Shown here: one piece after another, positions 44,931 to 62,197 of the stretch
Position numbering within the stretch: position 1 is the stretch's first letter
Layout: every line of letters starts with the position of its first letter
NCBI RefSeq assembly: GCF_009914755.1
Contig: NC_060928.1
Length of the DNA stretch: 64,000 bases
Direction: 5' to 3' (one strand)
Origin: the human T2T-CHM13v2.0 reference genome, Homo sapiens
Translations under genes and position numbers: made by a program
The notes under the pieces: generated by a model
Seen by the model: the letters and a program-made list of their open reading frames with translations, nothing else
Told to the model about the DNA's origin: nothing
The model's database searches: none

Positions 44931-45579
44931 AAAAGCAAATAGAAGACGATGTTTCTGATGTTAATTTTGGTAGTGTTCAAGCTTTACCACATTCTGGAAT
45001 TATTTCACATGTTTTCATTTCAGGACTTGACGTAAGTGGTAGACATATCTGTACAGAACTAGATGAATTCAAGAAGTTTAAACATACTTTTTATCAAGTG
45101 CCACTGAGAGATGTGACCAATGCAGGAAGAAAAAAATATGTATAAAATGAACAAAATACTTTGTAGAAATAAACATGAAAAAAAAAACCTGCAACTGGAA
45201 AAACCAGCTCTGACATTTATTTTTGACTTTTACAAAGGAAATTCACTTGCATTGTTGAAAATTTAAGTTTACCATGGTAACTGCTTCCTCACACATCATT
45301 TTTATTCCCAACAAAGGTATTTGTAGACGATGATATACACTCTGTTGAATAGGAAATTTCCATCATAATGCTTGTGTAAGATATTAAAAGTCAGATCATC
45401 AGGCTGCTTGTATATATAAAGATTTTATTACACTCAAAGGATAATTAGAATGGTTTCCACAAGATTGAAGGTAATGACATGAAGTATGTGAAGATGCTTT
45501 AAAAGCTTTCAAGGGCTACAAAATATTGTATACTATTACAGCGACAAAAATATTATTTTGAAGGAGACTTCCACTATTT

Positions 45580-46080
45580 AGTTTTATTCATTGATTTATG
45601 TAACATAAGAGCACTGTTCTGTGCCTGGCTCACGGTTACCTACTAGGTACATTGAAGTTATTACTAAGGTAGACAATTCCATGCTCTCATGGAAACCATA
45701 TTTTAGCAGGAAAAACAAGACGGTTTCAGGTGTTTACAAGTTCTGTGAATAAAACAAAACAGGAAAATGTGAGAGAGGATGGCAGATAATTTAGAATGGA
45801 GAATCAGGGACCCCTTAGGGAGATGACATTTAAGATGAGACCCGAATAAAAAGATAGAGCCGGTCATGCACATTTTGAAGAGCTGAGTATTTCACTAAAG
45901 GAGGACAGCAAGCTCAAAGAACCTAAAGTGCAAATGGAATTGGCCTTTTCAGTGTCCAGGAAAAGGCCAACATGGCTGATACCTAGCGAGCCAAAAAAGA
46001 AGTGCTAAGGGATAAGGTTAGAAAGGTGCACAGTGGGCAGAGTATGTAGCATTTTATAAGCCATGCAGAGCCATCTGGAT
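45580..46080 (-). mobile_element. L2 LINE fragment
   Basis: Antisense L2 motifs (tgctctcatgga, gagatgacatttaagatgagacc). Confidence 0.6.
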
Positions 46081-48894
46081 CTTATCCTAAATGTCTGTGT
46101 ATATTTGAAATCTACATAAGTCATTTTTGACAGTTACATGGGGATTTTGCCTGCCTACTCGACTTCGGTAATCCACCATATGAATACAGCAAGCATGGAA
46201 TGTTAACTGAAGCAATACAACAATTTCTAAACTGACTACTAAATGAGTAAGATTCTGGAAATATTTTGAAAGGCAGGATATTTCCACAAAAGATTCACTT
46301 CTAAAACCCTTTAAATATTTCCTATACATTTCCCACTCAGATATCTTGATCGTAGCTTATTTGTGTATCACTAAAACAGTAACAACAATAAAAAAAATAC
46401 AGAACTAGTCAACAAGGTGTTTTTTAAATAATTTAAATCTAGGATAAAAGCTATAAGACTTAATCAAAAATTTTTAAACGGTCACTGAAATAGGATTGTT
46501 TTAGTAAACTGGTGTTGAGGTTGATTAAAGATATGATCACATGTGAAAAAAATAAAGACAAATAAAAATTTGCAAGTAATTCAGAGGTCCAATTACTCTC
46601 CTAAAACCCAAATAATAGTAAGTTGGAGAAAAATCTGTGCTATACATAGCAAAATATATTTTATTCCCTCTATAAATTAACTGTATAAATATGATCATCT
46701 ACATATGCAAACTGAATGAAAAAGTAGAAAAGATCATGTTTTAGCTGAAAAGGGTTGAAAAGTTTGAGATTTCAAGTAAATACCGAAAACCTAAAAAGGA
46801 TAGCAGAAGGGAGCTTGAAAAACTTTTCTGAGGCTGTTTCCACAATAGAAGTTTTAAAAATACACACAGTTGAATAATACAGAAAATAAATTGTCATGAA
46901 AACAAATCTGAATAAATGATGTGTAGAGTTACTGCTTCTTCACATACAATATTTTGGTAATATAGTAGATCCCCCCTAAAAGTAAACTTAACACTGCATC
47001 TTAAATAATAATACAATTGGTTGAATACATAATGTGAATAAGCAATAAATTTTAAGAACACAAAATAAATTCCATTTGTGTCTAAATATTTCACTCTAAA
47101 TAGGTGCTCAGCTATAAAAATCCAGTGTATGGTGGTTTTATTCAACCATAAAATCTACAATATGCTCTAAAAGGAAAAATGGTTACAGTTTGTGCATCTA
47201 AAATGCATCCTTAGTAAAAATTCATAAAACTGCAACCTAGGAGACTTAACAACAGAGTAAAATCAATGGAGTAAAAAATACTTCTTGAGAAATTTCAGTG
47301 TTTTGCAGTATAGAAGAAACAGTCCTAAGGCTTAACAAAATACTTTTAAAAATTTCTAATGTACTGATCTGTTGAAACAAAAAGGAAGAATTTCAGAAAG
47401 GCCAAAAACAAAGTGAAAGCAGAAACTAATAGATAATCAAGCATCAAAGTTTGGTTACATCCTCAAGGTCTCTGCCAAATTCTGAAAACTATGAGATTCT
47501 TTTGTGAAAGGTGTTCAGAGAGGACAGAAACCCCTACATAAATATAGAACCACAAAATAAATAATCTTGCCACAAAAAATAAGATAACAAGCAAATTCGC
47601 TGGTTTTGAATTTGGCACTTGGTTAAGAAAAAATAAATACACTTTCCTAAGAATCCCTAACCACAAGCTGAACCTCCCATGAATTTACAATCTAAGTTTA
47701 CACTACTGTGTCATACAAAACAGCAAGCCAAGAATTTCATTTAACATTTTCCAGGTGTGGTGGTGCTCCCTGATGTCTGAAATAACAAAAGAAAGCTTTC
47801 TCTGGAGTCAAATGATTTCAACCCAGGGCTGAAATATTTCTCATATACAAAATTTTGGGTAAAACGAGCCGCTCTAACTTATAAACAGGAAAAAAGGCAC
47901 CATTAATGAGAGTCATGTAAAAAAAAAAAAACCTGTAGAAACAAGACCACAAATACTTCACTTCTTAGAATTATCTCCATTGGATGCTAAATACATCTAT
48001 TAATAGTATGAGAAAATAAAGTAAAAATTAAAAATATAAATTAGGAATAAAAGACTATAAAAGTTGGTACGTATATTTTAAAAAATCTAATAGAATTTTT
48101 AAAATAATATATAACAATTGAAATTAATAATAAAATGATTAAACGGATTAGACACAGTATATTAGAACTGGTAAACTGGGAAGCAGACTTAAATAAGTCA
48201 TCCTAATTGAAGGACAGATAAACAAAGACAGAGGGAATATGAAAAACTTAAGATATTCTGAAGGTAGTGTAAGAAGGTCTAATAACAATGTAACTGAATT
48301 TTAGATGAAGATAATAGGAGAGAATGGAGAAGCAACAATACTCGAAGATATAATAACAAGACTTTCCAAAACTGTTGAAAGACATAAACCCTAAAATCTG
48401 GAAAGGAATATAAATTGAAAACAATGTAAATAAAAATAAATCCATTCCTGGACACATGGCAGTAAACCTAAAAAATGCCAGACCATAACAAGATTTTAAA
48501 GCAGAATAAAAAACAAAAAGAAAAGAAAGAACAGGTCGCTTACAGACTAATAGTGATTAGAATGATGACTGACTTCTAAATAATAGTAAAGGCACCATGA
48601 AATCATGTCTCCGAGTGCTGAGAAGAAAAAAATGTATATCAAAATAGAAGTATATATTCAATTTTATTGTTGAAAACCAAAAAGAAATCAATAAAATTTC
48701 TGACAAATGCCCAAGGAGAGTTTACCACGAACACACACTATCTAAAATAATAACAAATATTTTTAAGGCTGAAGGAAATGTTGCCCAATGAGAGCTTTGC
48801 AATGCAGTAAGAAATGGTGATAAATACATGGCTTAATATTTTGGTAACTCTGCAAAAATACATATAGGGGAAAAGCAATATGGGATGGAAATGA

Positions 48895-49204
48895 AGATGC
48901 TTTTCAACATATTGTATCCCAATATACCCATCATAAATTAAAAATATTCTAAGTAAAAAAAAAAAATTAAATGCTGGCAACACAGCAGACAGTCCCCAAC
49001 TTACGATGGTTTGACTTACCATTTTTTTACTTTACAATGGTGCAAAAGCAATCTTTGGGTTTGGATCGGTTATTGATTTCAATAGAAACCATAACCCCAT
49101 CACAAGACAAGAAACTCCTCTATTTATGATAGAGTTACATCTTGATAACCATTGTAAAGTAAAAAAAATCATATGTCAAACCATTGTATGTCAGAAACCA
49201 TCTG
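48895..49204. mobile_element. MER47/Tigger5-like TcMar fragment
   Basis: cagacagtccccaacttacgatggtttgactta...accatctgta. Confidence 0.7.
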
Positions 49205-50292
49205 TAGAGAGAAAAATAGCACTGACACTGAAAGGGGGTGATGGTCATTCAAACATTCTTAAATCCTTGTATAGCTTGAAAAGATGGGTACACATCTCTA
49301 TTAATCATAGATTTCATTAGTAATAAATGGTAAGGTATAAGGGTAACTAGTAGGAGAATACAAATTGAGTGTAGATTTTCCAAAAAAGTAGAGGAAAAAA
49401 ATGGAATAACAAAAGAAAACCTAAAGAACAGCAAGAATGAGTTTTAAAGAATAGAATACAAGGACTAAGAAAAAGCACAAATAATATAGAAAAAAATTCA
49501 AATTAAGTTGTCCTCAGTTTAAAATAGCCTGTTACAAAATGTTGTATATAAGCTTCACAGTTCCACAAAGCAAAAACCTATAGCAGCCATAAAAAATAAA
49601 AACTAAGCACACCAATAAAAATTAACGTAATAGCAGAGAAAGAAAGAAAAAGAGGAAGAAAGGAACAAAAGTTCTATAAAACAACCAGAAAACAATTGTT
49701 TTAAATGACAGTAGTTTTTATCTATCAATAAGTATTTTGAATTGAAATGGATTAAATTATCCAATGCAATCAAAGCATACCAATAAAAATTAACCTAATA
49801 GTAGAGGAAGAAAGAAAAAGAGGAAGAAAGGAACAAAAGATCTATAAAACAACCAGAAAATAATTGTTTTAAATGACAATAGTAAGTTTTTATCTATCAA
49901 TAATTATTTTGAATTTAAATGGATTAAATTATGCAATCAAAGGCATAAAGTAGCCGAAGGAATAAACCAAAAGTTAAGTACATGCAGCCTACCTACCACA
50001 GACTCACTTCATCTTTGAGGAAACACAGGATAAATATTAAAGATGGAAAAATATTTTCCACAAATATAAATCAAAAGACAGCATAGGGAGCTAAATCTAT
50101 ACCAAATAAAATAGACTTTAAGTCGAAAACTGTAAAAAGAAGAAAAGGTTATTCTAGTATAAAAATGGCTCAATTCATCAGGAGAATATAACAATTATAT
50201 ATATGTACCCAAAATGAAAGCATTTAAACCTATAAAGCAAATATTAACAGATTTGAAGGAAGGTAGATTTTAATACAATCATAGTAGGAAAC

Positions 50293-50590
50293 TGGCCAGG
50301 CATGGTGACTCATGCCTGCAATCCAAGCACTTTGGGAGGCCGAGGCGGGCTGGATCACTTGAGGTCAGGAGTTCAAGACCAGCCTGACCAACACAATGAA
50401 ACCCCGTTTCTACTAAACACAATACAAAAATTCGCCGGGTGCCACTGTGCTGTAATCCCAGCTACTCAGGAAGCTGTGGCTGGAGAACCTCTTGAACCTG
50501 GAAGCCAGAGGTTGCAGTGAACCAAGATCATGCCACTACACTCAAGCCTGGGTGACAGAGCAAGACTCAGTCTCAAACAAACAAAGAAAC
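50293..50590 (+). mobile_element. AluS inserted in old L1 ORF2
   Basis: Full dimer flanked by similar aat..tag(g/a)aaact sequences. Confidence 0.92.
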
Positions 50591-52463
50591 AAATAATAAT
50601 ACTACTAGAAAACTTCAATACACATTTTCAGCAATGGACAGACAGATCATCCAGACAGAAAATCAATAATGAAACATCCAAATTAAAGTATATGTTAGGT
50701 CAAATGGATATAAAAGACATATATAGAATGTTCCACCCAACTGCAGCAGAATACACATTTTTCTCAAGAATTAATGAAATATTCTGCTGGACAGATCATA
50801 TATTACGTCCCAAAAGAAGTCTTCAGAGATGTTCAAAATTTAAAATCATTTCAAGTTCTTTTCCTGACCACAGTGGTATGACTAGAAATCAATAACAGGA
50901 GAAATCCTGGAAAATTCACAAGTATGTGGAAATTAAACAACATGCTCCCGAACAACCAGTGGGTCAAATAAAAAACTAAAAGGCAAATTTTAAAATATCT
51001 TGAGACTTACAAAAAATGGAAACACAACATACAAAAACTTCTGGGATGCTGCAATAGCAGTTCTAAAAGGGATGTTTATAGCAATAAAGGCTGACATCAA
51101 ACAAGAAGAAAGATCTCAAATAACCTGACATTATACCTAAAGAATCCAGGGGGAAAAAAAATCAAACTAAGCCCAAAGTTAAAGAAGGAAGGAAATAAAA
51201 GTCAGAGAAGAAATAAATGAAATAGAGACCAGAAAAATAATAGAGAAGATCAAATAAACCAAGAATTGGTTTTTTGAAAAGATAAACAAAACTGACAAAC
51301 ATTTAGCTAGGTTAACAAAGAAAAAAAGAAAGAGGACTCAAATAAAATCAGAAGTGACAGAGGAATCACACTTAACAACTGATACCACAGAAATACAAAG
51401 GATCATAGAGTCTACTATGAACAATTATACACTAACAAATTGAACAACTAAGAAGAAACAAATTCCTAGCAGCATACATGTCCCAAGACTAAATCATGAG
51501 GAAAGAGAAAATCTGAGCAGACCAATAATAAGAAGATTGAATCAGCAATTAAACATTTTTCATCAAAAAAAAAAAAAAAAAAAAAAAGCCCAGGACCTGA
51601 TGGTTTCACTGGTGAATTCTACCAAAGATTTAAAGAATTCACACTAGTTCCTCTTAAACTCTTCCAAAACACTGAATTGGAGAGAACACTTCCAAACTCA
51701 TTTTATACAGCAATCACTACCCAGATATGAAAACCAAACAAGGATACTGCAAGAAAAGAAAATTACAGACAAATATCCCTGAGGAACATAGATGCAAAAA
51801 TCCTTACCAAATACTAGCAAACCAAATTCAATGGCACATTAAAAAGATCATATACCAGAAATCCCTGATGAACCTAGATGCAAAAATCCTTAACAAATAC
51901 TAGCAAACCAAATCCAACAGCACATTAAAACAGCACATATATCACAATCAAGTAAAATTTATCCCTAGGATGCAACAATGGCTCAACATACACAAATCAA
52001 TAAATGTGATATACCACATTAACAACCTGAAAGACAAAAATCATATAATTCTTTCATAGATGCAAAAATGAAGCATTTGACGAAATTCAACATCCTTTCA
52101 TGGTAAAAATGCTCAACAAATTAGGTATAGATGATAATAAAGGCCTTAAATGACAAACTCACAGCTAATATTATACTCAACAGTGAAAAGCTGAGAGCTT
52201 ATCCTTTAGGAACAAGAGAAAGATGCCCACTCTTGCTGCTTCTATTCTATTTTTATAAGGGTGTGCTATTTAGTGTATTGTGGCTCTGACATAAGGATGG
52301 ACAGAATGGCAATGCCAGAGACAGACCCAGTACTATATGGAAAGATGGTGAGCTGTGTCAATTAGAGGGAAAAAATGGTCCTGGGGCAACTAATTACCCA
52401 TCTGAGGAAATCATCAGTTTGAAACCCACTCTCAATCCAAAACAATTCCAGATGAATTAAATT

Positions 52464-54982
<2,519 letters not shown>

Positions 54983-54989
54983 TTAAATT

Positions 54990-56030
54990 TAAAGTGAAAA
55001 GCAAAATTTTAAAACTTTCAGGAAAAAAGTTTCACCCTACCTTACAGTAGGGTGAGATTATTTTTAAAAACACGACACAAAATGTAAACTATGAAAGATG
55101 ATAATAAATTCTACTACATACCAGTTTAAAGAGTGAAAAGACAAACCAGAGACAACAGAAGGCTACTTACACTAATAAATGACTATTTGCAAACTCCCAT
55201 TACTAAAAAGTGAAAAACAAATAACATAATAGAAAATTTTAAATAGTCTATAAAAAATAAAAAGGTGATCAATCTCATTAGCAATTTGGTAAATGCAATT
55301 TAATTATGAAATACCATTATATATAACTACTAACTTCTAAAAAAATTAAAGCTGTCCAATACTAACCTTGGATGACCCTGTGAATCAATCCAAGCTCTCA
55401 ACAATTATTAGTAAAGTAATTATTAGGAGTGTGGAAAATGGTGCACCAACTTTAGAAAAGTTTTTCCAAATGTTTTCTTACGTTTTTTTTGTTAGTTTTT
55501 TTGTTGTTGTTGTTGTTTTTAACTAACAATCTTACTTGTATATGTTTCCAACATTTACAAATTAAATTATCGGTATTTTCATACCCTATAGCCCAGAGTT
55601 CTTTTCTGAAGAAGCTTTCATGTATATGTATCAGGGGCCATGCATGAGAATGATTTCTACTGTTTATAAAGACTAGAAGCAAACAAATACCAATCAAAAA
55701 CAGAATGGATAAATCAAATGAGGCATATTTGATTCAATACAGTTTAACACTGAAAATGAATAAGCCACAGGAAATAGCTTCAGCAAGGACTGACCTAAAA
55801 AAAATATTTAGCAAATAAAATCCACAAAGAATACATTCAGTATGACTCAACTGTACATAATTCAACTATAAGCAAAACTAAAAATATATGGCTTATGGGT
55901 ACCAACACAGGTGGTAAAAGTATAAGAAAAAACAGGGCAAAATTAAGCCAAAATTCAGGAACCTCTTTGGGTGGACTGGTTGTGAGACTGGCAAGGGGCA
56001 CACCACCCCTAAATTACCTGCAATGTTTTA
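54990..56030 (+). mobile_element. Old L1M (ME-like) 3' remnant, continuing the host element
   Basis: aaatgcaatttaa...aatacca, cagaatggataaat and other 3' L1M motifs. Confidence 0.6.
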
Positions 56031-56668
56031 TTTTTTCAGCTGGGAAGTGGGTGCATTGTTTTCACTTAGGTTCTTAAGTTTAAGTGGTAGATCATTGGGT
56101 CTTACATATTCCATAACAAAATTTTTTTAAATTACAAAGAGAAATAAACAAGAAGGACTCAGCTGCACTTCTTGATGACATGCCCTTTCTTTAGACACCC
56201 TGGGAAAACTCAATTATTGTACATCAACAGCTTTTGCCTGAAAGTAGAAAGCCTAGAAAGGAGATAATTGCCTCTCCACTATCTGTGATTGGGAAACTAT
56301 AGCCCGCTGGGAAAACCCAGGTGCGCAGTGATGCCAAGAGATGTCCTATTTTTTTCCAAGTTTTAACACAAGAGAATGGTGTTTGCACTCCCTTCGATTT
56401 ATTCTACTTCAGTGCACATTTTCCAGAAAAAAAAATTGAAAAAAATCACAAAACATGGCTGTTGGAAAATTTGCAGTTAACTAGTTCTCTAATATGTTGA
56501 TGTTTTAACATGATGCCTTACTTCACACTGTAAAAAATGCTGGTCTCTAAAGGACAGGGGAATGTTGTTATGGGAAGAAAGAATGGAAAATCCAGTATTG
56601 CTATTTTCTAAAAGCAAAGGAGCTTCTTCCCAGAAGAGCCCAGCAAATGTCTCCTGGGTTTCAACTAG

Positions 56669-57480
<812 letters not shown>

Positions 57481-59379
57481 AAAAGAAAGAGGCAGATAGA
57501 TAGAAAAGAAAAAAAATTGACAACTACTCATTTTTAGGGTTTCCATAGGCTGTTTCTTTCTCTCCCATACCTCTCAGAGATAATTAAATAATTTCATTAT
57601 TGTAAGTCCATGGAAGTTGTTCAAAATGAGTTAGCTGCCAAAATTTAAAATCATTTAATTAAGATGGCTAAAAGACAGAAAGAAAATTTTATAAATTGGA
57701 GTTTGGGATCCTGAATAATCCAAGCTGATTATCTGCCATTGCTAGTGAAAAGGCTTTTCTTAGAAATTTCATCAATATTTCTACTAAAATAATGCCTTAA
57801 TTTATTTTGGGCAGCACTGGGCCAATTATCTCCAGGCATGTTTTTCTCCCTATGCCTGTCATTTTGTGGCATTACATTAAATTGTGTTTAAAAATATTCC
57901 ATAAATAATGAATTATTACAAAAATAATTTATTACTCACTTAAAAGCTATAAAATATTAAATATAAAACTTAAGGACAAAGAAGTAATTTCTAATTCACA
58001 TTGCTTACACAAAATAATAAGGCCTGCATCTTCTGTTACACTATGGAAAAGAAAATATTTCACTTATTTCCTTTCAGGCTCCAAAGGGCAGAAAGAAGAG
58101 TGAAAACTCTTTAATCTTCAACCCCCCTGGACTAGCAATAACTAATAGGAACCCCCTGAAAGTGACATCAAAAAAAGTCCGGAGGCCAGAGTGCCAGAAC
58201 TTCTGCCAAGCTAATTATTCTCATGGTATTGAAAAATCACTCTCACTCTTGTGTTGTAAAAGTGGGACAATCGCAATGGACAATTCCTAATGTTCTTCGT
58301 GGACTGGTAGCTCACATGGGGCTTTATTACTCCCCACTGGAACAATAATGAGAGTTCGTGGTCTCATGGAGAACCTTTCCACCCCAGTCATAGAAGAATG
58401 AAATAACTTCCTTAGTGAATTTCTTCTATGTATTCTGGTTACCCGTTGGTCTACCATCATTTTATATCTATGGATACATTAATGCTATGACCACACAACA
58501 CTTTTATGAATTCGTATTGGGCTACATATTAACATTGATATCACTTAAAAGATAGTACAGCCATCAGCACTATGTTCTGTGCTGAATTTCCCACCATTTC
58601 TCTTTCACCAGTGTAAAGAAGTATACATTTGTATCTATAGGGAGGTACAAACAGTTTGGGGCTCTGGATCCTTAGAAAAAAACAAACAAAAAACCACTTC
58701 TGTACTTTCTTACTGGACTACAAAATTTTCTGCCCATATTATATCTGATCAATCAAAGAAATGAACTAAGTTTTTTCTCTTGAATATCTCATTCCCTATT
58801 ACTCATAATAGCCACATGATATTTACTGTTGCATATGATTTTCTATGAATGTCCTTCAGTCAAATAGTCCAGTTACTTAAAATATAGTAAGCAAGAGAAA
58901 AAGTCATTTTTGAGGGCACAATTGTGTTTTCTGAATTACATTAAAATAATCATTTAGAAGGAAATATGCCTCTAGCAAGTTTGTTCAAGATAAACACAAA
59001 ATGCTCCATTTCATTGAAATTTATATTCTCTCAACACTGAATTTTATTATATTTAAAAGTTTTTTAGCATATATAAGTGTATAGAAATCCTAGTATCTAT
59101 GTTCACAAATAAAATGTAATTGAATAATAAATCAAAATTAAACTTTTAATAAATAGTATTATATTCCATTAGAAGTTGCAACGTATTATCTAAATGTAAC
59201 AATGATTTATTTGTATTAAGGTTCATGTGATGCAAACATAAGTCAGATTATAGAAATCTGAAGTTAGATGTCTCTAAGTCTTCCAGAGGAACTTTAAAAC
59301 AATGCCAAGTATTTGAAAAATATTTTGTAATATATGTCAGGTGACACACTTCCCCCATCTTTCCTAGAAAAAGAAAGAA

Positions 59380-59672
59380 GACCAGTTGCAAAGGCTCACG
59401 TCTGTAATCTCAGCACTTTGGGAGGCCGAGGTGGGTGGATCGCCTGAGGTTAGAAGTTCGAGACCAGCCTGACTAACATGGAGAAATACTGTCTCTACTA
59501 AAAATACAAAATTAGCCAAGCATAGTGGCACATGCCTGTAATCCCAGCTACTTGGGAGGCTGAGGCAGGAGAATCATGTGAACCTGGGAGGTGGAGGAGG
59601 TTGGGTGAGCTGAGATCGCACCACTGCACTCCTGCCTGGGCAACAAGAGCAAAACTCCATCTCAAAAAAAAA
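59380..59672 (+). mobile_element. AluSp-like
   Basis: aacatggagaaa and caacaagagcaaaactcc. Confidence 0.9.
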
Positions 59673-60439
59673 GAGAAGAAATAGTGTGCTTTTCTATAAG
59701 TACTTTCTCTTTTTTTGAAGAATGCGGACCAATGCTGAACACGGAATCAAGCTTGGGATAAGAATAGCTAGAGGACAAAATGCTGGTGTGTGGGTTATTA
59801 TGCAAGTAAGATGCCTTGGATCTCCGTCTCATATAAGGTGGAAACTCTCCCTCCCCACCCTACATCTTGCCACTCTCATGAATTCCAGGATAGTTGGTAG
59901 TTTCCTAATCAAGAGCTTACTTATCGAAAATACTCCATGGCTTTTGTAGAAGCTTCTGTTTGACAATTCCTCACTACACATTGGTTCTTTACCATTACAA
60001 AGCACCGCGGAGGTAAGTTCATTATGCACAGCAGATGTGTAGGGCACATTTGGGATAATGGAGAGGGGTTAGGGCATGGCAAGCACAGAAAACAACTTGA
60101 AATAAGATACTAGATACAACTGTGCTGAAACTCCACCAACCAGCCCCAGCAAGAAGAATGTCATTCCGGTGATGGGTCTCCATAGAACCTATACATTCTA
60201 CCACACTAGTGAGTCTCCTCTGTAGTCTGTAGTCTTCCACCGTAGACGACGTTGCACAAGTTGCTCTCTGAATTTACAAATGCCTTTTATTTTATGTGCA
60301 GAACAGCTGTTTCTCTTCTGTTGTGCCCTGCTCTTGCTAAATATGCATTTTGAGGAAGAGGCAATGTTGAAAGAAGCTAAGAGGGGTTGAAAATTCATGT
60401 TTCAAACCAAATGGCTCAAGATGGTGCACATCTGTGTTT

Positions 60440-60870
60440 TCTTCTGACCAACTTACATCCCTCTTTTTCCAATAATGGCACCCCAATTTTGCTTTGAGAA
60501 GCTATCCACGCCCCTTGAATAATATGTTGGTGGGGTTGTTAAAGAGTTTTTCTTTCCCAAGCCAAGAAATGAGCAAGGCTTTGAAACTATATTCTCTTAA
60601 TACCTTTTCACTAAAATTTTAGTCTTGAACAGACTGAAACAAGCACATAAAATGCCCAGAATTCATCACCTTAATGGCATCTTGAAGACACTATGTATTA
60701 ATTTGTTATAGCCAGACCTGCATAAAGGCTCTGGTTTACTTGAAAGTCAATGTCTCAGAATTTTCTTCAGTGCTGTGAGCTATCCTGTCTCATCAATAAA
60801 TTTCTTTATTGCTTATGTCATGCACCACCAGTTTCTATTGCTGACAACCAAATTAAACTAACTTATATCA
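60440..60870 (+). mobile_element. Old MLT1 (J/K/L-like) LTR
   Basis: ctgtgagc...caataaatttcttt...gtttctattgct 3' LTR motifs. Confidence 0.45.
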
Positions 60871-62197
60871 TGGGGATATTTTCCTAACAGAGCTCCATCT
60901 GCTTTGAAATTAATTGTTGCTACTGAGTATGTGAAATAAACCATTATAAATTGCTTTTTATATGTCTTCCTAATATTTGTTTCATAAAATTTATTTTTAA
61001 AATAACTATAAAATTATTTTTTCCTGCTGAAGCTATCCTTGAAAACTTTTAGGAAGAACTCTGAGGCATGTTCTTTCTTACAATTCTCATAATGCTTATG
61101 AACTAAGGCAGAGATCACCAACATTCTTAACGTCAAAACATTCTACCATTTTACTTTCTCAGGTCATTGCATTTGAAAAGGTCCATACAGATCATTTAAT
61201 CCAAACTCAGCAGCCCAAAAGGAATTCTTTCCATATTATACCTAACAGATGGTTACCTGGTCTCTTTTTAAACACTTGTTAGCAGGAAGCTATTCGTTTA
61301 TTTGACCAACCCATTACAATTTTATAAGAATTTATCATGAGAATGTTCATCCTTGTGTTGAAAAAGAATGTGACTTCCAACCTTATTCTTTCTCCCAATG
61401 TCTCTTTTCCTCTTCATATGCATCCAGGAACTTCTGCCTATAAATTTTATTTCTGCATAAGTGATCACTGGCATCTGGCTACCCTTCAAAGATTTTAAGA
61501 TGACTGTCCAATTTCATGGAACATATCCCTGTTCTCCTAAAAGAATTCCAAGCAAATCATTGAACCATACGAAATCTATAGGTCAAAATCTATAGGTTGT
61601 TTTGAAATTTTCTGAAGGATTCTTAAAGTGATTGGAGACACAGGGTGTCAAAAATCCTAAATGATATTTTTAAAAAATTAGCTCTGAAAAAAACAAGTAA
61701 GGATTAGTTGTTTATAAAATGTTATGGTGGTTCCTTTAAAACAATCATTTCTTAAGAGTCAGTGCACTTAAGATTATCTGAAAACAAGTTATCACTTCAG
61801 GCTCTCAAACAAAGTTGCTTCTTTTGTGCAGCAGCAGATTAAAGGTGGCGTCCTTCAGCAGCAAAGTCTATGCTGAAGACCACTGGAAATGCTCCTCCTT
61901 TTTAGGAACCCTTCCCTCAGAAATTGATGACAATCACAAGAAACCACATACCTTGGCAGAACCTGTAAGTGCTGAAAAAGTAAAATGCTTTGAACATTTG
62001 CCAGGATTTATTATTCATCAATAAAATATATTATTTGCTAATTCATGCCCCAAAATAATTATTCATGTCTTTAAAATTTTCAAAGTAATAACCATAATAT
62101 GCAGAAAGTTGATTCAGAGTTCAGTAAGATTTTTTAAATGCCTACCATATATGTCTCTGACAAGAGGCTCCTCATACCTTATTACTAATTTGACATA

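Larger units (their letters stand above)
47700..52463 (+). mobile_element. Composite old L1M (ORF1 remnants; L1MA/MB-like ORF2 endonuclease-RT remnants at about 49505-52248; older 3' ORF2 remnant after 52250)
   Basis: ORF 50530-50895 reads DRSSRQKINNE...DIYRMFHPTAAEYTFFS (L1 endonuclease); many frameshifts. Confidence 0.85.
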
